64,000 nucleotides of DNA from Acidilobaceae archaeon (GTDB taxonomy: Archaea; Thermoproteota; Thermoprotei_A; Sulfolobales; Acidilobaceae): assembly GCA_038897215.1 (NCBI GenBank), contig JAWAWX010000001.1, forward strand, positions 992,001 to 1,056,000, in the 5' to 3' direction. Below are positions 39,196-48,589 of the stretch, one piece after another. The notes below the pieces were generated by a model. It was not told the DNA's origin. It searched no databases and saw nothing but the letters and a program-made list of their open reading frames with translations. The position numbers were made by a program, and so were the translations under genes. Each line of letters starts with the position of its first letter. The stretch's first letter is position 1.

Positions 39196-40065
39196 ATGGA
39201 GAGCGGAGAATTCGGGGTTGTGGAAGACACGCTCGTACTCGCTAGACTCGATGGAGTACTTCGAGTGCTCAAAGTGTCTGACCTAGCTACATTCAAGAAA
39301 GCTGGCTACCTCGTAGAGGTCTATGGTGTCGACGAGGGGCTAAACGATAGATTCGGCTTACTCGAAGACATACTCGAGCATAACTGTAGCGAGGTCCGAG
39401 TTCTCCACGTGAGAGGACATGGCTCTATCTCTCTATGCTCAAACCACATCGTTCCCGTAGTAGAGCCTAGAAGCTTGCTGGTAGAGAAACGCGCTAGAGA
39501 CTTGAAGCCAGGAGACTATATGCTAAGCTTTGTGAAGAGAGCTCCTAGAAGCGTAGACTACACTGAGCACACAGAGGAGAAAACCATCTGCCCTTCTAGC
39601 ATCGAGGAGCTAGCATTAACCATGTGGACTCTGAGACTCAGCGGGGTCCTCTCTAGTCTCGCATACAACAGGATATGCTTGAAAACATACTCGGAGAGGG
39701 GGAGATTTAAGCTAGAGAAGATCCCGATAGGTTTTTTCGAGAGTCTGAAGCAGCATCTGAGAGAAGTTTCCAGGAGCTCGAGGTACTGTAGGCATGTAGC
39801 TACTCATCTCGGAAGCAGGAGAAACGTGTCTAAGCACATAGCCCTACTTGCTTTAAGGGATCTTATGAGAGTAGCCTCCGGAAAGAGCATCTCCGTGAGT
39901 AGCCGGGAGGCTTTAGAGAACTTATCGAGACTAGTTACCAGCAATCTCTACGTAGTGAGAGTTTCCGATATAGAGGTGAGGAGAGAGAAGAGGAGGTCTT
40001 TCGCTATCAGCGCTGATAAGGCGGCCTACGTCTTCGTTGGGCTAGCTCCGCTACTAGTGGGCTGA
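39196..40065 (+). CDS. stand-alone degenerate intein (Hint domain with remnant homing-endonuclease region), no exteins
   Basis: Block A-like GVVEDTLVLARLDG; block B-like GSISLCSNH; EKRARDLKPGDYM; block F/G-like LVTSNLYVVRVSDIE...FAISA...FVGLAPLLVG*; splicing nucleophiles absent. Confidence 0.72.
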   Translation: MESGEFGVVEDTLVLARLDGVLRVLKVSDLATFKKAGYLVEVYGVDEGLNDRFGLLEDILEHNCSEVRVLHVRGHGSISLCSNHIVPVVEPRSLLVEKRARDLKPGDYMLSFVKRAPRSVDYTEHTEEKTICPSSIEELALTMWTLRLSGVLSSLAYNRICLKTYSERGRFKLEKIPIGFFESLKQHLREVSRSSRYCRHVATHLGSRRNVSKHIALLALRDLMRVASGKSISVSSREALENLSRLVTSNLYVVRVSDIEVRREKRRSFAISADKAAYVFVGLAPLLVG

Positions 40066-40794
40066 GATGAGCTTCTTGAATCTAAGAGCGTCCTCGAAAG
40101 AGTAGACGTTGTTGAAGAGAATGTATGCTCTACGCGGGTTTATACTCTCAAGTATGCTCTTAAGCTTGAGTAGATCGCTATCGGTATACTTGTACCTATA
40201 GTTTACCTCAGCGCCCCCTAGACCGTGAAGTCTGAAGTATACGAGCTCTCTCTGCTCCTCCAAGAATCTGTTTCTGAGAGCGTCTCCGCCGATCACTACA
40301 TCTGCGTGAGCGCTGATCGAGAGAAGCTCTCCCACGTTACTCCACCAGTCGCCTCTAGGCTCCCACACTATAGTCTTCCCTCTTCTAGGGATGCTCTTGA
40401 AGAACTCGACTACTCTAGCTTTGTTAGCTTCGGTAAAGCCGAAGGATGGAGGGGTTTGAACGACTACTATCTCGGCTCTGAGAACATCCGCGACTTCTAG
40501 AGTCTTCTCCCAAGCCCAAGAAACCTCCTCTGTTAGCTTCAACAACCCGTAGTTCTCAAGCTTCCCCGGGACTTCTCCTCTAAGTCTTGACCATAGATTC
40601 TTGTTGTATTCGTGGCTCACAAGCATCCACGCTTTCACAGTAAACTCAAAACTCTCCGGAGCTTCGCTACGCCACCTCGCGTAGTCTCCTACTCTCGGGT
40701 CGTAGAAAGTCTGCTGAACCTCTAGCACGTCGAGGCTAGAGTAGTGAGCAAAACGAGACCTCTGGAACCCGCACGTCCCAACCTTAGCCTCCAT
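40054..40794 (-). CDS. DUF72 (UPF0759) family protein
   Basis: VGTCGF, EVQQTFY, FEFTVKA, QTPPSF, WEPRG, YFRLHG, FNN. Confidence 0.92.
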   Translation of the reverse strand: MEAKVGTCGFQRSRFAHYSSLDVLEVQQTFYDPRVGDYARWRSEAPESFEFTVKAWMLVSHEYNKNLWSRLRGEVPGKLENYGLLKLTEEVSWAWEKTLEVADVLRAEIVVVQTPPSFGFTEANKARVVEFFKSIPRRGKTIVWEPRGDWWSNVGELLSISAHADVVIGGDALRNRFLEEQRELVYFRLHGLGGAEVNYRYKYTDSDLLKLKSILESINPRRAYILFNNVYSFEDALRFKKLISAH

Positions 40795-40950
40795 GAGCCC
40801 CCACTACCTCCAGGTATCTCGAGCGAGGCTTTTTCGGGTCTCTAGCTCTCCCCGCGTGAGAGCAACCATGCTCGACAACTAGCACTGTTCTCGTAGTGGA
40901 AAAGAGTAGAGGAGAGAGCTGGGAGCTTTCTTCTGCCTCTATGTCTGTAG

Positions 40951-41361
40951 CTAAACCATCTTCCTTATCCTAACCTGGATAACGCTCTCTAAAGCGTTAA
41001 GATAGGTTCTCAGGTCTTCGGGAGTGACTGTAGATTTGGAGAAATCGACTACCATAGTGCACTCAGCTTCCTCTCCTCTAACTATGGTCGTGCACCTCGT
41101 TATCAGCTGGTCTGCATTGACTCTAGCTAAGACGTCCGCGACTGCCGCTAAAGCACCGGGCTTGTCTAAGAGGCGCAACTCTATCTCGTAAAGCTTCTCC
41201 GGCGGCGCCGAGAGAGGGGTTAGCTCTATCTCTCTCTTCTCTAGGTCGGCCACCATCACTATATGCATTCCAGGCTCGATTCCGAGAGCCTCTCTCACAG
41301 ACTGGGGGATCGTTAAACGACCCTTAGGGTCTACCTTGACTATCTCTGAGAGCTTCGCCAC
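40951..41361 (-). CDS. AbrB-type DNA-binding domain plus ACT domain regulator
   Basis: VDPKGRLTIPQSVREALGI then DKPGALAAVAD. Confidence 0.88.
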   Translation of the reverse strand: MAKLSEIVKVDPKGRLTIPQSVREALGIEPGMHIVMVADLEKREIELTPLSAPPEKLYEIELRLLDKPGALAAVADVLARVNADQLITRCTTIVRGEEAECTMVVDFSKSTVTPEDLRTYLNALESVIQVRIRKMV

Positions 41362-41511
41362 TCGCTCTCACCTCTGGTTGTTCTAGAAGAATTAGGCTTT
41401 AAATATATGTATTATGGTGGAGAAACAGTGGGCTCGGCTTAAAGAGTCTCGACCGCCTTAAAAACTTAATAATTCCCGATATGCTCAAAGAAGCAATGCT
41501 GGGTCTCGGAG

Positions 41512-41766
41512 TTGACGTACAAAAAGCTATATAGAGTCTACTATACCACATACTCTGACGAGCTACACGATAAAGTGAAGAAGACTCTAGCTAGCAAGCT
41601 GGGGGTTGAGATTATTGATTACCCGTCGAGAGTAAACCCCGAGTTCCGCTTCCTAGAGGTTCTCTTGAGTGAGCCTGGTAGAGGAGACGAGATAGCTGAA
41701 GTGGTGAACACGATTCTTGGCTGTAAGCAGGCTAAAGTAGACTGGATAGACACTGAGGTGGGTTAA
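41512..41766 (+). CDS. small hypothetical protein abutting ileS
   Basis: 84 aa; its TAA is immediately followed by the ileS ATG; AT-rich promoter upstream. Confidence 0.7.
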   Translation: MTYKKLYRVYYTTYSDELHDKVKKTLASKLGVEIIDYPSRVNPEFRFLEVLLSEPGRGDEIAEVVNTILGCKQAKVDWIDTEVG

Positions 41767-44700
41767 ATGAGGGTCGTTGATAGACTCTCGAATCAAGAAT
41801 ACAACCAGTTCAAGGTAGAGGAGTACGTTAAACGCTACTGGATAGAGTTCGATGTATACGAGGAGATCAAGAGAAGAGACGCTAGCAGAGCTAGAAAGTT
41901 CTACTTCCTAGACGGGCCTCCATACGCTTCAGCGAAATCGATCCACGTTGGCACAGGCTGGAATAAGGTGATCAAGGATATCGTGCTTAGATACCATAGG
42001 ATGCGTGGCTACAGAGTGTGGGATAAGCCGGGCTACGATACGCACGGCTTACCCATAGAGGTTAAGATCGAGCAAGCCCTAGGAACCACCACCAAGAAGG
42101 ATATAGCTGAGAAGATCGGCGTCGATAGATTCATAGAGGAGTGCAGGAGATTCGTGAACGAGAACATGGAGGCTATGACCAACCAGTTCAGAGAACTAGG
42201 AGTCTTCATGGATTGGAGCGACCCCTACATAACCTATACTAACGAGTACATAGAGTCTGGCTGGTGGCTGATTAAGAGAGCTCACGAGAAAGGACTACTA
42301 TACAAGAGCCTCAAGGTCGTCCACTGGTGCCCTAGATGCGAGACTACTCTAGCTGACTACGAGGTCTCCGAGTACAGAGAGCTCGAAGACCCATCTATAT
42401 ACGTGAAGCTACCAGTTAGAGGCAGGAGAGGAGAGTATCTACTAATCTGGACTACAACGCCCTGGACTCTGCCCGCTAACGTGTTCGTCATGGCTCACCC
42501 CGAACTCGAATACGTTAGAGTAAGAGTAGGCGACGAGGTGCTAATACTAGCTAAGAGCAGACTAGAGGAGGTTATGAGAGAAGCCGGCATAAGAGACTAC
42601 GAGGTGCTAGAAGAGCTCAGAGGAGCTAGCCTAGAGGGGCTAGAGTACGACCACCCACTTGAAGACCTAGTCCCAGCTCAGAGTAGAGCTAGAGAGTTCC
42701 ACAGGATAGTAATGGCTCCCGAAGCTGTAACAGCATACGAGGGGACAGGGCTCGTTCACGGAGCTCCGGGTCATGGAACCGTCGACTACGACGTAGGCCT
42801 TGCTCTAAACGCTCCCGTGATCTCTCTCGTAGACGAGAGGGGGTTTATGAGCAGAGAAGCGGGCAAATACCACGGGCTCTACTTCAGAACACAGGCCAAC
42901 GACGCCATAGTAGAAGACCTGAGAGCTAGAGGCGCGTTACTCCACGCCGGTAAGATAACCCACAGATACCCCGTCTGCTGGAGGTGCAAGACCCCGCTTG
43001 TTCTGAGAGCTACAGAGCAGTGGTACATAGCTGTAACCAAGCTCAAAGACGAGTTACTCAGAGCAGCTGAGGAGATAGAGTGGGTGCCCTCTTGGGCTAA
43101 GACGAGGTTCGTCAACCTGCTTAGAGAGCTGAGAGACTGGGTTATAAGCAGGCAGAGGTTCTGGGGCATACCTCTACCGATCTGGCTCTGCAAGCACTGC
43201 GGCCACATGGAGGTCGTTGGCAGCGTTGAAGAGCTCCGCGCGCTGGGAGGAGAGCCTCCTAGAGACTTGCATAGACCCTGGATCGATGAGGTGAAGCTGA
43301 GGTGCCCCAAGTGCGGAGGCCTCATGGAGAGAGTGCCCGATGTTCTCGACGTCTGGTTCGATAGCGGGATAGCCTTCTACGCTAGTCTAGGCTACCCGAG
43401 GAGGAGAGAGCTCTACGAGAGCTTAGAGCCCGTGGACTTCATAGTCGAGGGCCACGACCAGATCAGAGGCTGGTTCTTCAGCCTGCTTAGAAGCGGGGTC
43501 ATAGCGTTCGGTAAAGCCCCCTACCGAAGAGTCCTAGTTCACGGCTTTGCTCTCGATGAGCAAGGCAGAGAGATGCATAAGAGTCTAGGGAACTACGTTG
43601 ACTTCGAGGAACTCATATCGAAGTGCCCTAGAGACGTCTTCAGGCTATGGGTAGCCTCGAACACTGTCTGGGAGGACCTGAGATTCTCTTGGAGAGGGCT
43701 TGAGCAGATGCAGAGAGACTTTAACGTCTTCTGGAACACCTTCGTCTTCGCTTCAACATACATGGGTCTCGATGGATTCGACCCGGAGACTGTAAGCCTC
43801 ACCGCTATCGCTGAACACCTAGAGCCAGAGGACAAGTGGCTTCTCTCGAGGCTAAACAAGCTGGTTAGAGAATACCATAGAAGCATGGAGGCTCTCGAGA
43901 TCCACGAGGCTGCGAGAGCTCTGAGAAGCTTCCTGATAGAAGACGTGAGCAGATTCTACGTGAGGCTGGTTAGGAGGAGAGTGTGGGAGGAGGCTGATAC
44001 CCCCTCTAAGAGAGCCGCTTACGCTACGCTATACACTGTCCTCAAGACCTGGCTTGTCCTCTCAGCTCCCTTCATACCCTTCTTCGCTGAGTACGTGTAC
44101 CTGCATCTATTCAGAGAAGCTGAGAGAGATAGCCCTAAGTCAGTCCACATGCTAGAGCTCCCAGACCCCGATGAGAGTCTGATAGATGAGAGTCTCGAGA
44201 AAGACATGGAGGTAGCCAGGAGAGTCGTGGAGTCAGCTTTATCGGCTAGAGCTCAAGCCGGGCTGAAGCTGAGGAGGCCTCTCAGGAGGCTAGTCGTGTA
44301 CACCAACCTGGACTCCGTTAGGAGAGCTGTCGAGAGGCTAGCGGATATAGTGAGAGAGCTCGCTAACGTTAAAGTCGTCGAGGTCAAAGAGCTAAGAGAG
44401 CTGGAGGAAGCTAGAACCTACGACTTGAGGATAGTCGTGAGCGAGATCGGGAAAGACTACAAGAGCCTAGCGCCCGCTATAGTGAGAGAGATTGAGTCGA
44501 GGAAGAGCGAGGTCTTAGAAGCCTTGGTGAAGAAGGGCTACTGCGAGCTCCACGTCGAGGGGAGAGTAGTGAAGCTAGACAGTAGACACCTAGAGGTCAA
44601 AGCTACCTATCCTGATTGGATGCACGTCAGTGAGACTGCTGACTACATCCTAGCTCTCGATGCTAGAGTGAGTAGAGAAGAGGAGGCTGAAGGACTGGCT

Positions 44701-44943
44701 CGCGAGGTAGTTAGGAGAGTCCAGTTCATGAGGAAAGAGCTCAAGCTACACGTATCCGATAACATAGAGGTGTGGATTAGCGGAGACGAGGAGCTACTAG
44801 AGGCTATCAGACTCTTCGAGAGCTACGTGTCTAACGAGACGAGAGCCATAGCTATACACTACGGAGAGCCTCCTAGAGACGTGTACTCTAGAGTCTGGGA
44901 TGTGGACGAGAAGATTCTAGTCGTTGGAGTCAAGAGGGTCTAG
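41767..44943 (+). CDS. ileS: isoleucyl-tRNA synthetase
   Basis: LDGPPYA...[50 protein letters not shown]. Confidence 0.97.
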   Translation: MRVVDRLSNQEYNQFKVEEYVKRYWIEFDVYEEIKRRDASRARKFYFLDGPPYASAKSIHVGTGWNKVIKDIVLRYHRMRGYRVWDKPGYDTHGLPIEVKIEQALGTTTKKDIAEKIGVDRFIEECRRFVNENMEAMTNQFRELGVFMDWSDPYITYTNEYIESGWWLIKRAHEKGLLYKSLKVVHWCPRCETTLADYEVSEYRELEDPSIYVKLPVRGRRGEYLLIWTTTPWTLPANVFVMAHPELEYVRVRVGDEVLILAKSRLEEVMREAGIRDYEVLEELRGASLEGLEYDHPLEDLVPAQSRAREFHRIVMAPEAVTAYEGTGLVHGAPGHGTVDYDVGLALNAPVISLVDERGFMSREAGKYHGLYFRTQANDAIVEDLRARGALLHAGKITHRYPVCWRCKTPLVLRATEQWYIAVTKLKDELLRAAEEIEWVPSWAKTRFVNLLRELRDWVISRQRFWGIPLPIWLCKHCGHMEVVGSVEELRALGGEPPRDLHRPWIDEVKLRCPKCGGLMERVPDVLDVWFDSGIAFYASLGYPRRRELYESLEPVDFIVEGHDQIRGWFFSLLRSGVIAFGKAPYRRVLVHGFALDEQGREMHKSLGNYVDFEELISKCPRDVFRLWVASNTVWEDLRFSWRGLEQMQRDFNVFWNTFVFASTYMGLDGFDPETVSLTAIAEHLEPEDKWLLSRLNKLVREYHRSMEALEIHEAARALRSFLIEDVSRFYVRLVRRRVWEEADTPSKRAAYATLYTVLKTWLVLSAPFIPFFAEYVYLHLFREAERDSPKSVHMLELPDPDESLIDESLEKDMEVARRVVESALSARAQAGLKLRRPLRRLVVYTNLDSVRRAVERLADIVRELANVKVVEVKELRELEEARTYDLRIVVSEIGKDYKSLAPAIVREIESRKSEVLEALVKKGYCELHVEGRVVKLDSRHLEVKATYPDWMHVSETADYILALDARVSREEEAEGLAREVVRRVQFMRKELKLHVSDNIEVWISGDEELLEAIRLFESYVSNETRAIAIHYGEPPRDVYSRVWDVDEKILVVGVKRV

Positions 44944-44949
44944 ACTCTG

Positions 44950-45642
44950 TTGAGAGATACCAGTGTACTCTCAGCCAGCGATAGCGGAGACACTACCGCT
45001 CTCGTAGTCGTGAACCCAAGCGAGATCAGGCTCTACGCCTACTGCCCGAGACTCCTCTTCTTCAGAGAGCATTTGGGAGCTAGGAGGAGCCTAGCGCTAG
45101 AGCTGAGAGCTCTGATTGGGAGACTCTACCACATTATTCTAGGCTTCATAGCTCTCCTCAGAGGCTTCAAGGTAGAGCTCTCGCTGGAGGAGAAGCTGGG
45201 AAGCGTTGTTCTAAGAGGGAGACCCGACTACTACAGGATAGAGGAGGAGAGAGCTGAAGTCGTTGAAGCGAAGAGTTCGAGAGGCCCGCCTGAGGGGGTC
45301 TGGTTAAGCGACCTCCTCCAGGTTACCGCCTACGGCTTCATCCTAGCTAGAAGAGGAGCCAGGAGAGTAGACCTAGTCGTGAGGTATGCTGATGGAGCTA
45401 GGAGGCTAGAGCTCACGCCAGAGCTCTCAGTCATGATGCTGAAATCCGTAGACGATATAGTCATGGTCAAGAAGCACGGAGTCCTCCCGGTAGCCCTCAG
45501 GAGCGAGGCTAAGTGCGAGAAGTGCCTCTACAGAGAGGAGTGCTACAGCATAGACGAGAACCTGGAGGCAGAAGGGGATTTAGACGAGCCCGGAGAGTGG
45601 CTGAAGAATGTTAAGAGAGTCTACGCGATACTAGAAGAGTAA
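44950..45642 (+). CDS. cas4: solo Cas4 (Fe-S RecB-like nuclease)
   Basis: YAYCPR, GRPD, VEAKS, QVTAY, C-terminal CEKCLYREEC (four-Cys Fe-S staple); no other cas genes nearby. Confidence 0.85.
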   Translation: MRDTSVLSASDSGDTTALVVVNPSEIRLYAYCPRLLFFREHLGARRSLALELRALIGRLYHIILGFIALLRGFKVELSLEEKLGSVVLRGRPDYYRIEEERAEVVEAKSSRGPPEGVWLSDLLQVTAYGFILARRGARRVDLVVRYADGARRLELTPELSVMMLKSVDDIVMVKKHGVLPVALRSEAKCEKCLYREECYSIDENLEAEGDLDEPGEWLKNVKRVYAILEE

Positions 45643-45718
45643 GGCTTGAAACCCTCTACAACCAATAAAAGATGTTTCCGGGAAGAGATATAGGTTGTGG
45701 AGAGAAGCTTGAATCCAG

Positions 45719-45795
45719 GGGCCCGTAGCTCAGCCTGGCGGAGCGCCCGGCTGATAACCGGGAGGTCCGGGGTTCGAATCCCCGCGGGCCCACCA
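45719..45795 (+). tRNA. tRNA-Ile(GAT)
   Basis: GGGCCCGTAGCTCAG...CCCGG-CT-GAT-AA-CCGGG...GGTTCGAATCC...CGGGCCCACCA. Confidence 0.97.
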
Positions 45796-46058
45796 GACCA
45801 CTACTTCGCGCACCCACTCTCCCCCATCGCTACACACTGCTAACACTTAGAGTCGAGAATATGCCGAAGAGAGCCCCCAGTTTCAACTATTGCGAGCTTC
45901 GAGAGGAGGATTCGAGGAGAGCTTGTCTTCGAGAATCAGACCTCTCGAGGGCTTCGCTGTCTCATAGTCTTCAGTACTCGCGCTGAGCGGCTCTCCTATC
46001 TAGTGTTGGTTCTCGATATTTACGATGTAGCGCTGGTCGCGTTTTGCTTGAGGAGAGT

Positions 46059-46134
46059 TGGTAGCCGGGCGGGGATTCGAACCCCGGTCACGGGGGCCAG
46101 AGCCCCGCATCCTGGGCCGCTAGACGACCCGGCT
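46059..46134 (-). tRNA. tRNA-Gln(CTG)
   Basis: Reverse complement AGCCGGG...CGGGG-CT-CTG-GC-CCCCG...CCCGGCTACCA; A1-U72 pair typical of archaeal tRNA-Gln. Confidence 0.96.
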
Positions 46135-46175
46135 TCTCAGTCACAAGTATTTCTATCCAGCTGGATTTTTATACT

Positions 46176-46826
46176 CTACGAGATAGTAGAGTCTTCTGCT
46201 CTAAGTCTCCGCAAGGCCTCCCCGACTATGACCGTCCAGGGTCTGAGCGCTACGAGCTTCCCGCTCTCTTCTCTTGAAGCTAGCCCTTCTGCTAGGCAGA
46301 GCTCAACGACCTTCTCTAGGTCTCTACCTGTGAGTGCTAGGATGACTGAGAGAGCTTTCGCCACTGCTTTCGAGATTCTAGCGTGCTCACCTGAAACCCT
46401 CTCATAGCTCTCAGCTAGTTTTCTCGCCGCCTCCTCGACTACTTCTCTCGGCGCATTCGTCTCTATAGACCTCCTGCTCCTAAAGCCGACATAGTACCCT
46501 CTTCTTCTCAGATACTCTGCTAGAGTATCGATGGGTATCTTTGCTCCAGCTAGGTCTCTCAGGTCGTCCGCAGAGACTACTCTAACTCTCCTCGAGCGCT
46601 CTCTGCTCTCCTCCATTCTATACGATGATAGTATCTTGCGTATACGCTCGAGAGACATGAAGATCTCTGTGTCGGAGCCGTAGAGCTCTACTCTCAGCTT
46701 GTCTCCCGCTATGACGATACTCGCTGTTCTAGCAGTTATGCTTCTCGAAAGCTTCTCTAGAAACGCTTGAATATCGCCTCTAGCGCTCTCAGGGATCGCG
46801 AAATACCTCACGATACTCCTAGCCAT
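46176..46826 (-). CDS. DUF2067-like conserved archaeal protein
   Basis: FLEKLS...LRVELYG, IPIDTLAEYLRRRGY, IETNAP; directly downstream of csl4. Confidence 0.65.
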   Translation of the reverse strand: MARSIVRYFAIPESARGDIQAFLEKLSRSITARTASIVIAGDKLRVELYGSDTEIFMSLERIRKILSSYRMEESRERSRRVRVVSADDLRDLAGAKIPIDTLAEYLRRRGYYVGFRSRRSIETNAPREVVEEAARKLAESYERVSGEHARISKAVAKALSVILALTGRDLEKVVELCLAEGLASREESGKLVALRPWTVIVGEALRRLRAEDSTIS

Positions 46827-46827
46827 C

Positions 46828-47481
46828 TCACCACCTCTTAAGACCCAGCAGGAACCTCAACCCGATAGAGTGTACTCGTGTAGAGGAAGCTAGAGCAGAG
46901 ACCTTCCTAGACTCTACGTTGCCACACTTCTCGCAAACCATAGTCTTCGTGCCAGCAGGCTTTAAGAGCGATAGGCAGCGAGAGCAGACAGCATAGAGAA
47001 CCCCGTACTGTGGGGGCTTGGTGGTTAGAGCGTAGGGGTTGTTGTTGTTGAGAGTCTTGGCTATCACTAGATCGCCGGGCCTATAGTAGTCTAGAGGGTC
47101 CTTGACGTACTCTACCGTCATCTGGCTTATTGGAAGAAGTCCTGTAAGCAGACCCGGGAGCTCTACTAGCCCCGCTAGCGTGCTCCCCGAGATCGAGGCA
47201 ATCCCGTATATGTCTATCACCGCTAAGTCTTGCCTGACGCTCGAGACGACGCCGAAGACGCTGAAGCCCTGCTTGACGACTCTGACTCTAGGCAGGGGGG
47301 TTACTGCGACAGTCTTGGAGTTAGAGTCTATGGAGACTAAGCCTATCACGCTAGACCTGAGGAATCCGTCTTTATCCTCATACAGCCCGCTTGCTCCAAC
47401 ATACTCCTCTATGGATGCTACCCTATCTCCCGGTAGCGTTATCTTGCTCTCTCTCCTCTCGCTCGAAGCATATGATGTCAA
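46828..47481 (-). CDS. csl4: exosome RNA-binding subunit Csl4
   Basis: LPGDRVASIEEY, S1 domain, YGVLYAVCSRC...CEKCGNVESRKV Zn ribbon. Confidence 0.9.
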   Translation of the reverse strand: MTSYASSERRESKITLPGDRVASIEEYVGASGLYEDKDGFLRSSVIGLVSIDSNSKTVAVTPLPRVRVVKQGFSVFGVVSSVRQDLAVIDIYGIASISGSTLAGLVELPGLLTGLLPISQMTVEYVKDPLDYYRPGDLVIAKTLNNNNPYALTTKPPQYGVLYAVCSRCLSLLKPAGTKTMVCEKCGNVESRKVSALASSTRVHSIGLRFLLGLKRW

Positions 47482-48088
47482 CCTTCACTCTCCTCACTCT
47501 ACTCTTGTGGTGCCTCATACACGCAGGGATATCTACTCTATCGCTCCACAGCCTTCTAGCTCTATACCCGTTCTCTGCTGATAAGCTTGCGTGATAGCTT
47601 AGATTGCCTGACTTCAGTATAGCGTATACTCTGCTAGGCTCTAGGGAGAAAGCGTAGAGCAGAAACTCTGTATCAGAGCCTCTCCTATGGACGCCGAAGG
47701 GGGGATTCATGAGGATCACGTCTGGGCCTCCGCGAGCTAGAGGTCCTTCAGCTCTACCCACTCTAGAGGCGATGAAGAGAAGACGGTCTGATACCCCCAG
47801 CTCTCTAGCCGCTTCTAGGCATAGACTTGAGAGCCTCAAGTCAGCCTCTACGGCTACAGCTTTAGAGGCTCCTAGTAGCAGAGCCGCTAAAGCTAGCCTG
47901 CAAGTCCCGGCTCCCAGGTCTGCCACGACCCCGTCTTCGAGGAGACCGCTTAGCTTAGCGTGGAGAGCGAGCTTGAGAGCTAGATCTGCTGGAGTCGTGT
48001 ACTGCTCGAGGTTAAGCCTAGGGCTAGGTATTCTCGGAGCCGCTTTCTCCAGTAGTCTAGCTAGCTCTCCTAGACTAGCCTTACTCAA
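47423..48088 (-). CDS. METTL5-like RNA adenine methyltransferase
   Basis: LEQYTTP, DLGAGT, MNPPFG, HHK. Confidence 0.88.
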   Translation of the reverse strand: MSKASLGELARLLEKAAPRIPSPRLNLEQYTTPADLALKLALHAKLSGLLEDGVVADLGAGTCRLALAALLLGASKAVAVEADLRLSSLCLEAARELGVSDRLLFIASRVGRAEGPLARGGPDVILMNPPFGVHRRGSDTEFLLYAFSLEPSRVYAILKSGNLSYHASLSAENGYRARRLWSDRVDIPACMRHHKSRVRRVKVDIICFEREEREQDNATGR

Positions 48089-48102
48089 TGCTCTAGCCTC
48101 TC

Positions 48103-48576
48103 TCAGCTCTCCTCCTCGACTCGCTCTCCTAGCACAGCCGATACTATATCGTAGAGCTCCGGGTCTTTCTCTCTTATCCTAGAGAGAGACCAGGGCTTCC
48201 AGCCCCCTCTTCTCACGCCTCTAAGCGTTGAGGCTACCCACGTCTGGTATATCTTGCCGCAATTGCCGTAGTTCTTGCAGCTATTCTCTAGAAACACTTG
48301 GATCACCTTAGCTGCCTCCTCGTCTTCAAGCTTCTTCACATTAACGAGGTATCTGCTGAGCACGTATAGGATGAGGCGAGCTCTCCCATCAGGCACTCCT
48401 CTCTCTATGAGTTTCTCTATCCATCTATACGAGGGGGTTTTTCTCGCTCTTCGTTCAGCATGCTCGCATACCTCGAGAGGGTCGCATAAGCCGACTAGAA
48501 AGCTTTCTAGAGCTTTCTTGCAATCATCGAGCCCTCTTCTGCAAGCTTCGAGAACCCTAGTCCAAGCCTCGCTCAA
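48103..48576 (-). CDS. priX: primase non-catalytic subunit PriX
   Basis: YRWIEKLIERGVPDGRARLILYVLSRYLVNVK...KIYQTWV...KPWSL. Confidence 0.85.
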   Translation of the reverse strand: MSEAWTRVLEACRRGLDDCKKALESFLVGLCDPLEVCEHAERRARKTPSYRWIEKLIERGVPDGRARLILYVLSRYLVNVKKLEDEEAAKVIQVFLENSCKNYGNCGKIYQTWVASTLRGVRRGGWKPWSLSRIREKDPELYDIVSAVLGERVEEES

Positions 48577-48589
48577 GCGCGGCCAGCCT

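Noticed and set aside
39062-39286. 74-aa ORF bridging rps27e and the Hint gene as a possible frameshifted N-extein
   Set aside because: It overlaps rps27e out of frame and resembles no host protein; the Hint frame itself has a TAG at 39139-39141.
44950-46134. CRISPR array or integrated element near cas4 and the tRNAs
   Set aside because: No direct repeats with spacers, no integrase, and no duplicated tRNA 3' end seen.
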